DNA of 64,000 nucleotides from a bacterium (GTDB lineage Bacteria; Bacteroidota; Ignavibacteria; Kapaibacteriales; Kapaibacteriaceae): NCBI GenBank assembly GCA_034440235.1, contig JAWXBR010000013.1, positions 2,188 to 66,187 of the forward strand, read 5' to 3'. Shown piece by piece: positions 27,787 to 37,740 of this stretch (position 1 is its first letter; each line of letters starts with the position of its first letter). The notes under the pieces were generated by a model. It saw only the letters and a program-made list of their open reading frames with translations, ran no database searches and was not told where the DNA came from. The position numbers and the translations under genes were made by a program.

Positions 27787-29223
27787 TTAATCTGCGACAG
27801 CCCTGGAGAGCCAGTTTCTCAGATTGAACACGTTTGTGGGCATTGCGGACACTTCAAGTTCTTTTAGACGTCCGGCTGTCTGCTTGTCGAATGGCTTTGT
27901 CTTAATAGTAATGAGCCTTGGAACCAGCTTGGTAAACTCTTTTAATGCATTGGTATAGTATTCGGTAAGGGACTTTTCTTTCTGCAAGTAATGCCTAAAC
28001 GCATCACATGCGGCAAGTGCCTGCTCGTACATCTCTGTCTTATACAAACACGAGATGGTGTATGCGCGAACCTGCACGTTGCAGATCGGTGCAGCAATCG
28101 AACATTGCGAAAAATGTCTTAGAGCATCAGAGTATCTGCCCGCACACATCGCAAGGAACCCCTCACTGAACTCGACAACGTCATCTCGGACGTCGTCCTG
28201 AAGTGAAGGCGTAAAGCGTTTCATGTAGTCACGCGCCCACGCTTCTTCGCCGCTCATGCCAGCCAGTCTAACAACGTAAATGTAGTCGGGGAAGAGAAGG
28301 TTGTTTTCCTTCATGTATCCGAGCTCTATGTTCTCGCGCATGAGCAACCAGCCTTCGCGGAAATACTCCTCATTGCCTTCGACGTTTATCTGAGAAGAGC
28401 AGTAGCCCGTTAGGTGAAGATGCGTCATGTACGCATCCATGTAGTCGAGTCGTTCACGATGCTCATGAAACAATGCAGCGAGTTTTTGAAATGCTGCATC
28501 GGTTCGGTGGTTCTCGAGCTCGTAAACCGCGAGATAGGTCTGGATGACAGGGGCTGAGGCAAGGTGCTCTTCGGCGCGGAGGAGACGGACGATGTCCTCG
28601 GCGAGGTACGGACGAAATGCCACGTCATTTGAAAGCATTTCATGCTGCATGATGGTGTACAAACGTAGAAGCCGTATCGAAGTCATCTGAAGCAATTCTT
28701 CGAGCTGATCCTGTAGAATCAGACGATTGCTATTCGGACGTACCAAGGTTTCGAAAAGAGAGTCCTCTTCAGAAAGCCGCCAGCGCAACTCAAATGTATA
28801 GTCGTCGATGACTTTAGCCTCGTCGAGCCCCTTTCGCGCCTTAGCCAGAAACTTCGAGAACTGAGCATGCAAACGACGAGAACGGAGTCCGGACGCCTGC
28901 GCCCAAACCGTCGAAACCTGCGAATTGGCTGCTATCTCGTTGTCGTTGTGGGCATGAGTGAGGAAAACCATACCCAAGGCATACAAATCCGAGAGCTTGT
29001 GCCTAAAAACGTGGTAGGCGTAAACCTCGGCCGGGAAAGCCATTTTATGTAGTTCTTCGTCGGTTGTTGGGGCTGTAAATGGGTGTAGATTGCGCAGTTC
29101 CTCACAAAGGACAACAAGTGTAGGGTTCTTGTTAAAAAACGGAGACGCCACAAAGTCGACAAACCGAGCCATCTCTTTGGCAGTGAACGTCTTTAGAAGC
29201 TGAATGAGTTTGGGGTCGCGCAT
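27787..29223 (-). CDS. Conserved-type hypothetical 478-aa alpha-helical (TPR-like) cytoplasmic protein, possible regulator
   Basis: No signal peptide; N-terminus KLIQLLKTF..KE...F..FVASPFFNK; helical-repeat character; divergent from the T9SS operon. Confidence 0.6.
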   Translation of the reverse strand: MRDPKLIQLLKTFTAKEMARFVDFVASPFFNKNPTLVVLCEELRNLHPFTAPTTDEELHKMAFPAEVYAYHVFRHKLSDLYALGMVFLTHAHNDNEIAANSQVSTVWAQASGLRSRRLHAQFSKFLAKARKGLDEAKVIDDYTFELRWRLSEEDSLFETLVRPNSNRLILQDQLEELLQMTSIRLLRLYTIMQHEMLSNDVAFRPYLAEDIVRLLRAEEHLASAPVIQTYLAVYELENHRTDAAFQKLAALFHEHRERLDYMDAYMTHLHLTGYCSSQINVEGNEEYFREGWLLMRENIELGYMKENNLLFPDYIYVVRLAGMSGEEAWARDYMKRFTPSLQDDVRDDVVEFSEGFLAMCAGRYSDALRHFSQCSIAAPICNVQVRAYTISCLYKTEMYEQALAACDAFRHYLQKEKSLTEYYTNALKEFTKLVPRLITIKTKPFDKQTAGRLKELEVSAMPTNVFNLRNWLSRAVAD

Positions 29224-29317
29224 AGGCGAAAAATCAACAATTATTTCCGAATCGGGCGATGCGCCATCGCTGATGTTTGCATCTGTAACACAAGCAATTG
29301 ATTAACACGGAGTAACA

Positions 29318-32300
29318 ATGAAATCGCTGTTAGCTACAATTATTCTACTGCTCGGGGTGGTAATACTCCCCGCAGCACAGGTCGACACGGTGAAATACAC
29401 CACACGATCGAACAACGGTCCAGAGAAAGACTACGTGGTTACCGACGGTGTGCGCCAGTTTGTCGATGCGTCTGGCGCATTACGAATCACCGCGATCTAC
29501 GACTCCACGGCACAGGGCATTCTGTACATGGAGCTCTTCATTCCGGGATACACAAAAACACCGGTAGGCTCGAAGTCGTTGAGTGGTTCGACGACTTGGA
29601 AATACGGACACAATACGGGCCAAGTCGTGATTTGCCGGAGTGGTGCTGTTGTACTGCAGGTAGTGGATGGTACAAATGATCGTCTGCGTGCAACATTTCA
29701 ATGGACAGGAGTTGCAAACCTTCCAAACGGCGTAATCCTTAACTCCACGATTTCGAAAGGTTCGTTCAGCCTTTACAAGAAGCCCAAACTCGCTCACGAC
29801 ATCATCCCTAAAAGTGGTGTTAAGTGGAAGCCAGAAGAAAAAGTAAAATTCACAGTGCTTGCAAAGAAGAACGGCTCACAAACGCCCATTGCTGACGCAA
29901 AGGTGAAGCTCGTTCTGCCTCCCGCCATTTTTGAATCGGGTCCGACAGAAATCACAACCGATGCCAACGGTCGTGCGGAATGGAATTTCACGCTAAAGAA
30001 AACCGCCGAAGGTGGCGACTACAAGATCCTCGTCTCATCTACTAAACAAGACATTGAGGATAGCGATGTAGATACGTTCGCGTTCAAGGTCGAACCTACA
30101 CTTCGTTACTATTATGCGAAATGTGTGGGTCTGCCAATCATGGAATTCGATGCCGGTGAAGGTAAGGTGTGGGAAGATGGTGGAGGTTCGTTAATTAAAG
30201 CCGAAGGTACAGTCAGGATTAACGGATTCCTGATTATTAACGGAACAGTAAACATCGATACGACGGGTCAGATGGCCAAGGTCACCGGAACCGGATCGAT
30301 TGCAACGCCAACAATTTCCTTTGATGGTGCTTCGAAGCCGTTCGTTTTTTACGACGGACCATTCGCACTTCCTCCAATTGCATGTGAAGCTGTCGTCGAT
30401 CTCACAACCACGGCCATCGTGCAGCAACTTGCAGGCAACAAGCTGAAAGAAGCGAAGATTCGGTTCCTAGGCGACTTCGTGAATAGCGCGGGCGTGTCTG
30501 TTTCTGCAACGCTAGAAGGTCCACGCAACATGGCTGAAGGCTGCAACGATGCTGTACCATTCGGTACGGTTTGGTCGCCTAACAAAGCAACAGCAATCAG
30601 CATTGAAATATCGATTCTGAAAGAAGGCGGAGAATATAATGTCACTGCGACCGGCAAGGCTTCTGAGGTTGCAATCGGTGCAAGTTTCTGCGTAAAGGAA
30701 TTCTCGATTTCCTATGACAGCAAGGCCTCGGAGTTTACTGTATCGGGCAAAGGCAAGACACCGTTCTTTGAAGAGATTGCTGCATCGATTACAATGAAGG
30801 ACGGAACACTTAACAAGTTCTCTGGAAGCTTTAAGCTCGACGCATGTATTCCTATTCCGGAAACACCAGCCTGCTTCAAGGGCGGCGGTATGTCGGTGGA
30901 GAACCTTGCAATCGGTAATCCCTTCAAGGCTAAAATCAACTCCATTTTCCAATTGATCGGCAAACCCGATCTGGTTGAAATGGAATTCTCAGGCGAGCTC
31001 ATTTCACCTCCGAATTCTATCACGGCAGAAGGAACGCTAAAGTTGTTGAACATTAAAGCAGTATCTGCCGATAAGCCTTGGCAAGTAGTTGCAACAGATG
31101 GCTGGACGTTTACAATCGACGACTACAGCATTGCCGATAAAGGAACGCTGAATGCGATCCATCTTGGTGGAGATTACTTCTTGTACGATGCGACATTTAC
31201 GTCGACCCTTGGACTTAAGCCAACACCGTATTTCTCGTACGTCATCAGTGGTGGATTGCGATTCCCAGTTCTTCCTCCGGACAAAACGGCCGCATTAGGT
31301 ATGTTCGGACGCTTTGTAAATCAATGTGCTCCTCTTGATGTGGGTACTGCTGGCGCAACCCTTATGCTTGCTGTTGATGGCGAGAAATCAATCTCAGCCA
31401 ACTACGACTTGCGCAACTTGGGAGGTCCGTGTGCACCAGATGCGCTTAAGAAAATCGGTAAGGCTTCGCTCTACTTCGATTTCAACAAGCTGCCTTCGCC
31501 ATCAGCTCTGACCATTGATGCTAACATGTCCAATCTCCTTACTGGCTGGGGCTTTGGTGTCCAGGATGTTCGACCAGGCAAACGCGACGAACAAGTTCAA
31601 GCTGCAACAAGCACATTTGTTGTTGGCGCCGATGAGAAAATTCTAATTGCAATGTCAGAAACGGTTGCCCCTCCTGCAGCGATAACTCTTCGCTCACCAT
31701 CGGGTACGACCTATACAACTGAAGATCCAGGCAACGGTGTGTACAGAGCACTTTCGCCTGATGGTAAAATTGTGTTGTGGACTATCGAAAATCCGGCTGC
31801 CGGAACATGGACAGTAGAGCAACCACAAGGTCGCACTGCCGACAGTGTCATGGCTGCGGTTTCGCGTATCTACCCTGACCTTGCACTAACGGCGACGCAA
31901 GCGGGACGTGTGATTACAGTCACTTGGGGTTCAGACTCGTATCCTGCTGGGTCGCGTATCACGATTCTTGGTGACAAGAACGATTCGAACACTGCGGGAC
32001 AAATTCTGTTCGAAGGTCCTGCAACTACATCGCCAATTACGATTACACTAACAGACACAACTGCGCCATGTGAGTTTCACATCAATGGACGCATTACGGG
32101 CTTTGGTGTAAGTACAGTTGGCGCTGCGGCTGGTACGTTCTCGAATCCGAAAGACGGTTTACTACCTCCGCAAAACGCAATGGCGGTAACAAACCAGAAT
32201 GGTGTTACTGGTGTTACATGGAGTCCGATCACAAACGGCATCGTTGGCGCAGTTGTTGTGTATCGTGTCGACGGTGGACGCATGGAAGTAGTAACCTCTG

Positions 32301-32695
32301 CATATAACTACGAAACAGGATTCACGTTCGTAATGGCAGATCCGAATGGTGCGATTTTAAAGGTTGCATCAGTCGACAAAAAAGGTCGCATGGGTTGTCT
32401 GAGCGAAGCGATCAGCGTAACCACAGGCATCAAGGAACTCGAGCATCAAGGCAATGGCATGACGATGTGGCTTGCGCCCAACCCTGCCTCCGATCAAGTA
32501 TCGGTTCGCACCGATGTTGCCGAAGGCAATGTCGACATCAAGCTCATCGACATGATGGGCCGCGTTGTGTTAACGCTCAATACACAAGACAGTCGCTCTA
32601 CACTCGATTTGAGTTCTCTCTCATCAGGCACGTATGTTCTCGTTGCTCAAGTCGGCGAGAAACACGTAGCCAGCACGCTTAACATCGTACGATGA
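29318..32695 (+). CDS. Large secreted beta-rich protein with a T9SS C-terminal sorting domain
   Basis: Signal peptide; Ig-like segment TTDANGRAEW; CTD LAPNPASDQV...IDMMGRVV...LSSGTYVL...LNIVR. Confidence 0.82.
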   Translation: MKSLLATIILLLGVVILPAAQVDTVKYTTRSNNGPEKDYVVTDGVRQFVDASGALRITAIYDSTAQGILYMELFIPGYTKTPVGSKSLSGSTTWKYGHNTGQVVICRSGAVVLQVVDGTNDRLRATFQWTGVANLPNGVILNSTISKGSFSLYKKPKLAHDIIPKSGVKWKPEEKVKFTVLAKKNGSQTPIADAKVKLVLPPAIFESGPTEITTDANGRAEWNFTLKKTAEGGDYKILVSSTKQDIEDSDVDTFAFKVEPTLRYYYAKCVGLPIMEFDAGEGKVWEDGGGSLIKAEGTVRINGFLIINGTVNIDTTGQMAKVTGTGSIATPTISFDGASKPFVFYDGPFALPPIACEAVVDLTTTAIVQQLAGNKLKEAKIRFLGDFVNSAGVSVSATLEGPRNMAEGCNDAVPFGTVWSPNKATAISIEISILKEGGEYNVTATGKASEVAIGASFCVKEFSISYDSKASEFTVSGKGKTPFFEEIAASITMKDGTLNKFSGSFKLDACIPIPETPACFKGGGMSVENLAIGNPFKAKINSIFQLIGKPDLVEMEFSGELISPPNSITAEGTLKLLNIKAVSADKPWQVVATDGWTFTIDDYSIADKGTLNAIHLGGDYFLYDATFTSTLGLKPTPYFSYVISGGLRFPVLPPDKTAALGMFGRFVNQCAPLDVGTAGATLMLAVDGEKSISANYDLRNLGGPCAPDALKKIGKASLYFDFNKLPSPSALTIDANMSNLLTGWGFGVQDVRPGKRDEQVQAATSTFVVGADEKILIAMSETVAPPAAITLRSPSGTTYTTEDPGNGVYRALSPDGKIVLWTIENPAAGTWTVEQPQGRTADSVMAAVSRIYPDLALTATQAGRVITVTWGSDSYPAGSRITILGDKNDSNTAGQILFEGPATTSPITITLTDTTAPCEFHINGRITGFGVSTVGAAAGTFSNPKDGLLPPQNAMAVTNQNGVTGVTWSPITNGIVGAVVVYRVDGGRMEVVTSAYNYETGFTFVMADPNGAILKVASVDKKGRMGCLSEAISVTTGIKELEHQGNGMTMWLAPNPASDQVSVRTDVAEGNVDIKLIDMMGRVVLTLNTQDSRSTLDLSSLSSGTYVLVAQVGEKHVASTLNIVR

Positions 32696-35600
32696 CAATA
32701 CTGAGAAGTCTCTTGCTGATCCCGGTCATGAGTGTTGTGCTCATGGCCGGCGATCCGGGCTGGCGCAATCTGCCACCCTTACCTGGTGTACGCAGCGCAC
32801 ATGCTGCCGTAATGACTCACAACGGTGATGTGATTATCACCGGTGGTATCGACGCTTCTGGCAACAGCCTTGCGTCGGGCTTTGTGTTGCGCGGCGCTAC
32901 AGGAGCTATCGAGCCCCTTCTCAACAACATGACTGTCAGCCGAGCACGTTTCTCACTAGTCGAAGCGCGCGCTGCCGACGGCACTTCTATCATTTACGCA
33001 ATTGGGGGATACACAGGTGGCACAGGAGCCTACGCCTCATCTGACGTTGTTGACGTTCTCACGTTCGACGTCGGACAAAACAACTGGCGATGGAGACAAC
33101 TCGGCCGACTCCCCGGCGCAGCAGGTGACGTCCGCGCCGTCTACGACGGTGCCGGTAACGGCGGCACCAGTCCTGGCGCTGGCTTCGTCGTGGTCAGTGG
33201 AGGACGCATCCAGTCTAACGGCGCAATGGGCAGCGGCACGACGTCTGCCATCACAGCAAGAATCAACATTGCCACCGGAGTAATTGAACGCCTTGGCAAT
33301 CACATCACTGCCCGCAGCGAACATGGCGTGTGGCGATACATCGATCAGCAAGGGGCGTTAAAGGTGCTCGCCGCAAGCGGCGAAGCAACGTTGCCTACAT
33401 CGACAGAGTTACTTGCAGGCACAGCGTGGGACGGACGTGCCAATGCTCCTCGCGTAATGCGTCACTTCCTTGTAGATGCATCAGACCCAACAGGAATTCC
33501 GCGGTCATTTGGTGGCATCGACGAGACCAACGGCGTGTTGTCTACATGCGAATGGTACGATGTAAAAAGCGGATGGCGCGTTGCTCCCCGCATGCAGGAT
33601 GCACGCAGTCGATTCAACGCAACGTTCGTTGCGAGTCCGTCTGATACTGCATTTGCATGGCTAGCAGCGGCAGGCCGTGGTGGCGCTGGAGCGTTGGCTT
33701 CGTGCGAATTGTTTGTACTACCTAGTGGTTCGGACCCTGCAGGATCCTGGCAGCCATTCGACGCTTTAAATGCAGCCGCCTCTGAGCGAACGGTGTCGAT
33801 GACTTCGTCGAACCTGCCCGTAGTGACAGGCGGCGAATCCACAAATACAATAGAAGTTTATCAACCACTGCGCACTGTAGACTTTCAGTTTCCAGATACC
33901 GAAGTTGGTGCACGCAGTGACAGTGTGCGACTGGTGATAACAAATACATGGCTGTTGCCAATCACAATCAAGTCGTTAAAAACCGATGGCGCTCCTGACT
34001 TTCTAGTTGCTGCTGACACGGCAGTTATTATTCTGCAGCCTTCGGAGTCGCGCTCGATACTTGCATGGTTCCGTCCGTCGCAGCCTGGTCTTCGCACAAC
34101 GAAGGTCACGGTTGACATGGGCGTGGTGAAAGACGAATTCACACTGAGCGGCAACGGACTTGCTTCGTCGCTGCAGATCGTAACGGACATCATCGACCTA
34201 GGCAACGTGCGTGTCGGACGCGATTCGGTTGTATGTGTGCCGTTGCTTTTGAACACTGGCACCGACACAGCAACGGTCGATTCGATTAGCGTTCTTCCTG
34301 CGGAGTTCGAACTTGTAAGTCCAGTCGGACGTGTTCGTATTCCTCCGAACGAAACGCTTCAAGTTTGTGTTCGCTTCAAGCCAACCAAACGAGGTCAGCT
34401 CGGCGGCTCTGCAAACCTCGCAGTTGGTGCCCGCGTGTTCCCATCATCGGTGCGCGGTACTGGTGTTACACAACTACTTGAGTTGCGCACATCTGCTGGA
34501 TGTGATACCGTTAGTGCAACCGTGGGCTCTGAAGTCACGGTCACCGTGACACTTGTAAATGCAAGCGACAGACAGGTAAACGTGAGTGACGTTACGTTCC
34601 CAGGCACAACACCCGGACGTATTCGTGTTGCAAACCCCGCAGTGTTCCCGTTCAACGTAGCCCCCGGCGCTTCGCAGACCCTTGACCTAATCATTAGCGT
34701 ATTGCGCGAAGGCACCGAGCTGTTTGTTGTGAACGTTGCGTCAACGAGCGACACACTTGCGCGTGGGTCGGTTTGTATTGTCGTGAGGTCGCGTAGCATT
34801 CAGTCGAGCATTGGCACGATCGATGTCGGACAACGTTGTGTTGGCGATCAGTTAGAACGATCGTTTACATTAACAAATGTTAGTTCTGTCGAAGTTCTCG
34901 TCATAGACAGCGTAACGGTCGACGGAGTACCGGGCGGAGTTGCAATTCCACGAGGTCCGTTTACCCTCCAGCCTCGCACATCACAAACGATTGTGTTCAG
35001 ATGGACTGCCACCGTCGCAGGCGCAGTAAATGGTAGAGTGCTTGTTTCGACATCGAATGGCGGCACAGCCGTGCCTATTGTTGGCAGCGTACTCCCCGGA
35101 CTCATTGTTGATGTTGCAAATGCGACAACACCCTACGGTACTGTTCTCTCATTGCCACTGAGTCTTAGTGGCATCACGTCTACAACGGGATCGATTCGTT
35201 TGCGGTTTGCAACGTCGCTATTACGAGCACGCTCTGCGAGCGGTCCGGCGGTCATATCAGCCGTTGTTACCGAAACGGCCGATGGTGCAATTGTAGATTT
35301 CACGCTCGGTGCCATCTCTGCTGACTCTACAACAAACATGCAGTTAGATCTTGATGTGTTGCGTGGCAAGGACATCATAACCACTGTCACGCCTGCTCGC
35401 GTAAGCGATAAAGCAGCCTGTGTTTCTGGTAATCCAGGTGAAGTAACGGTAACGGGTCCGTGTGGTGGCGCAGGCTCACTTCTAAGCAACGCCAATCGCG
35501 CGTCGGTAAATGCGAATCCAAACCCATTGCCAACCGACGGAACGCTAAGCGTTATTAATCCGACTACGGAAGCAGTCGAGCTACTTTTTTACTCTCTCGA

Positions 35601-35745
35601 TGGACAAGAACTGCACCGCCAAACACTCGGTGCAGAGTCCGCAGAAATGATTTCACTTTCGTCGCTGCCTTCAGCAACGCGACTTGTAATGATTAGAAAC
35701 ATTCAAGGCCTACACGATGCGCTGCTGCTCACAATTACTCGTTAA
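32692..35745 (+). CDS. Secreted Kelch-repeat protein with several Ig-like (choice-of-anchor D-like) domains and a T9SS CTD
   Basis: Kelch GG motifs (VIITGGID, IYAIGGY, RSFGGID); repeats FPDTEVG/DLGNVRVG/DVGQRCVG; CTD NPNP...YSLDGQ. Confidence 0.8.
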   Translation: MTILRSLLLIPVMSVVLMAGDPGWRNLPPLPGVRSAHAAVMTHNGDVIITGGIDASGNSLASGFVLRGATGAIEPLLNNMTVSRARFSLVEARAADGTSIIYAIGGYTGGTGAYASSDVVDVLTFDVGQNNWRWRQLGRLPGAAGDVRAVYDGAGNGGTSPGAGFVVVSGGRIQSNGAMGSGTTSAITARINIATGVIERLGNHITARSEHGVWRYIDQQGALKVLAASGEATLPTSTELLAGTAWDGRANAPRVMRHFLVDASDPTGIPRSFGGIDETNGVLSTCEWYDVKSGWRVAPRMQDARSRFNATFVASPSDTAFAWLAAAGRGGAGALASCELFVLPSGSDPAGSWQPFDALNAAASERTVSMTSSNLPVVTGGESTNTIEVYQPLRTVDFQFPDTEVGARSDSVRLVITNTWLLPITIKSLKTDGAPDFLVAADTAVIILQPSESRSILAWFRPSQPGLRTTKVTVDMGVVKDEFTLSGNGLASSLQIVTDIIDLGNVRVGRDSVVCVPLLLNTGTDTATVDSISVLPAEFELVSPVGRVRIPPNETLQVCVRFKPTKRGQLGGSANLAVGARVFPSSVRGTGVTQLLELRTSAGCDTVSATVGSEVTVTVTLVNASDRQVNVSDVTFPGTTPGRIRVANPAVFPFNVAPGASQTLDLIISVLREGTELFVVNVASTSDTLARGSVCIVVRSRSIQSSIGTIDVGQRCVGDQLERSFTLTNVSSVEVLVIDSVTVDGVPGGVAIPRGPFTLQPRTSQTIVFRWTATVAGAVNGRVLVSTSNGGTAVPIVGSVLPGLIVDVANATTPYGTVLSLPLSLSGITSTTGSIRLRFATSLLRARSASGPAVISAVVTETADGAIVDFTLGAISADSTTNMQLDLDVLRGKDIITTVTPARVSDKAACVSGNPGEVTVTGPCGGAGSLLSNANRASVNANPNPLPTDGTLSVINPTTEAVELLFYSLDGQELHRQTLGAESAEMISLSSLPSATRLVMIRNIQGLHDALLLTITR

Positions 35746-37699
35746 GACACTCCTACTTATCATGGCTTCGGCAATTGCGTACGCGCAAGAAGCACCTGTG
35801 CGAGACGGATGGCGCGTGGGCCTTACCGGCGCCGCTGTCATGAACATGCACAAGGGTCCACTAACGACAGAAGACGGACTCATTGAATGTGGTACGTACG
35901 ACGACGCAACAAACATCGGATGGGCTGCAGGCAATCAGTTGTGGATTCCAATGTCCGACGCTGTTGCTGTATCTGCTCGTCTGCAGTACTGGAAGGCCGA
36001 CGGCACCTTTGAGACTCCGAATGATATTCAGCCCTTCGTGCAAATGGCCGATGGCTCGTATCTGCGCATGCAGACAGAGTTTGCATTGCAGACCAGCGTC
36101 GACATTATAACCTTTGATGCAATCGCGCAATGGTATCCGTTCTCGAACTTCTACATCGGAGCGGGTCCGCAGATCGGACTCGTCACACGTGCCTCATTCG
36201 AACAACGCGAAAACATTTTACAGCCAAGTGGCATCGAGTTCCGCAATGGCGGAACAGAACGCAGCATTTTTGCGGGCGACTTTAGTGCGAACGGACGCAG
36301 CAGTGCTATTCGCATCGCTGCAAAAGGTGTTGTGGGATACGACTACGCGTTGTCGAGGTCGTTTACCCTCACGCCAGAAGTAGGCTTCTCATTTCCGTTT
36401 ACTGGTGTGCTGAGCGGGTCAGACTGGAAGATTCGGGGGCTGTCTATGGGGCTTACGATAAGCTATACCTTCTCTACACCAGAAGCAGTCATTATCGAAA
36501 AACCTGCGCCGGCGGCAGCTCCAGATGCGTTACCAGTATCGATTAACGTCGATCTCGAATCTGTCGATGCATCAGGTTTGCGCATACCAGGTGCCGATGT
36601 AGTGCTGCACGAAATACGTCGTCGCGAACTCGCGCCATTGTTGCCATTTGTGTTTTTCGAAAAATCATCTTCGCAAATACCATCGCGCTATTCGTTGCGT
36701 CGCGACCCGTCGTTTAACGAAGCAGCTATTTCGGCAGATAACGTGATGGATGTCTATCACAACCTGTTGAACATTATTGGCGATCGACTTTCGAAGAATC
36801 CGTCGGCAACCATTACTATTACTGGTTATCGCGAAGTACTCGATGGCGAAACGGATGCATCGCTGTCACTTGCTCGTGCGCAAGCAGTAAAAGACCAAAT
36901 ACAGATTGCGTGGGGAATCGACCCATCGCGCATGAACGTTGCAGCAGGCGAATTGCCCCCGGTGCAATCGAATCGTACGGTTGATGATGGTCGTGCCGAA
37001 CACCGCCGCGTAGAAATTACCGCGAGCGATCCTGCAATCCTTACGTACGTGATTCCGCAGCGCGTCGAACGCTCAGTAACGCCAAAGGCCGTGCTTATTA
37101 CAACTGCCGTAAGGAATTCAGGTGCCGCGCCGAACATTTCGGTTATGGACGATAAGAGTGCAACAGTTGCTTCAGCAAGTGCAGCATCGTTATCGTGGAG
37201 TCCGGATGCCGATGCTATTGCAGCCATCCTCGGTGGCCGCAGCTACACGCGTGGACGCGTTCTTGCCGACGTCGATGGCGCGAGCGACGAACGTGCGTTC
37301 CCGATCAAGGCCGACATTCGTTCGGTGAAATTCAATGGCGATACCATTCGCGACAGCATCGTCGAACGTTACCGCTTAATGTTCTTCGATTTCGACACTC
37401 CAGAAATCAACGACTTTAACGGCGACGCAGTACGCCTCATTCAGCAGCAGCTTCGCACAAGCTCACACGTTCGTGTTATTGGCTACACAGACCGCATCGG
37501 TGCACCCGAATACAACCAGAACCTCTCTGCACGTCGTGCAACAGCCGTTGCATCGGCAATCAAGGAACGCATCATCCCAGATGTGCTCGACGCTCAAGGC
37601 GCCGGAGCAACTGCAATCGTAGACAACGACCTGCCCGAAGGCCGATGGTATAATCGAACGGTGCTCATCGAAGTCACGACTCCGTTGGAGGACAGGTGA
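35717..37699 (+). CDS. Outer-membrane beta-barrel fused to two OmpA-like peptidoglycan-binding domains
   Basis: Amphipathic N-half ending LTISYTF; OmpA motifs LSLARAQAVK...RRVEI and GYTDRIG...NLSARRA...NRTVLI. Confidence 0.8.
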   Translation: MRCCSQLLVKTLLLIMASAIAYAQEAPVRDGWRVGLTGAAVMNMHKGPLTTEDGLIECGTYDDATNIGWAAGNQLWIPMSDAVAVSARLQYWKADGTFETPNDIQPFVQMADGSYLRMQTEFALQTSVDIITFDAIAQWYPFSNFYIGAGPQIGLVTRASFEQRENILQPSGIEFRNGGTERSIFAGDFSANGRSSAIRIAAKGVVGYDYALSRSFTLTPEVGFSFPFTGVLSGSDWKIRGLSMGLTISYTFSTPEAVIIEKPAPAAAPDALPVSINVDLESVDASGLRIPGADVVLHEIRRRELAPLLPFVFFEKSSSQIPSRYSLRRDPSFNEAAISADNVMDVYHNLLNIIGDRLSKNPSATITITGYREVLDGETDASLSLARAQAVKDQIQIAWGIDPSRMNVAAGELPPVQSNRTVDDGRAEHRRVEITASDPAILTYVIPQRVERSVTPKAVLITTAVRNSGAAPNISVMDDKSATVASASAASLSWSPDADAIAAILGGRSYTRGRVLADVDGASDERAFPIKADIRSVKFNGDTIRDSIVERYRLMFFDFDTPEINDFNGDAVRLIQQQLRTSSHVRVIGYTDRIGAPEYNQNLSARRATAVASAIKERIIPDVLDAQGAGATAIVDNDLPEGRWYNRTVLIEVTTPLEDR

Positions 37700-37740
37700 T
37701 TACGTACAGAGAGAACTCACCCCCAGCCCCTCTCATTAGG

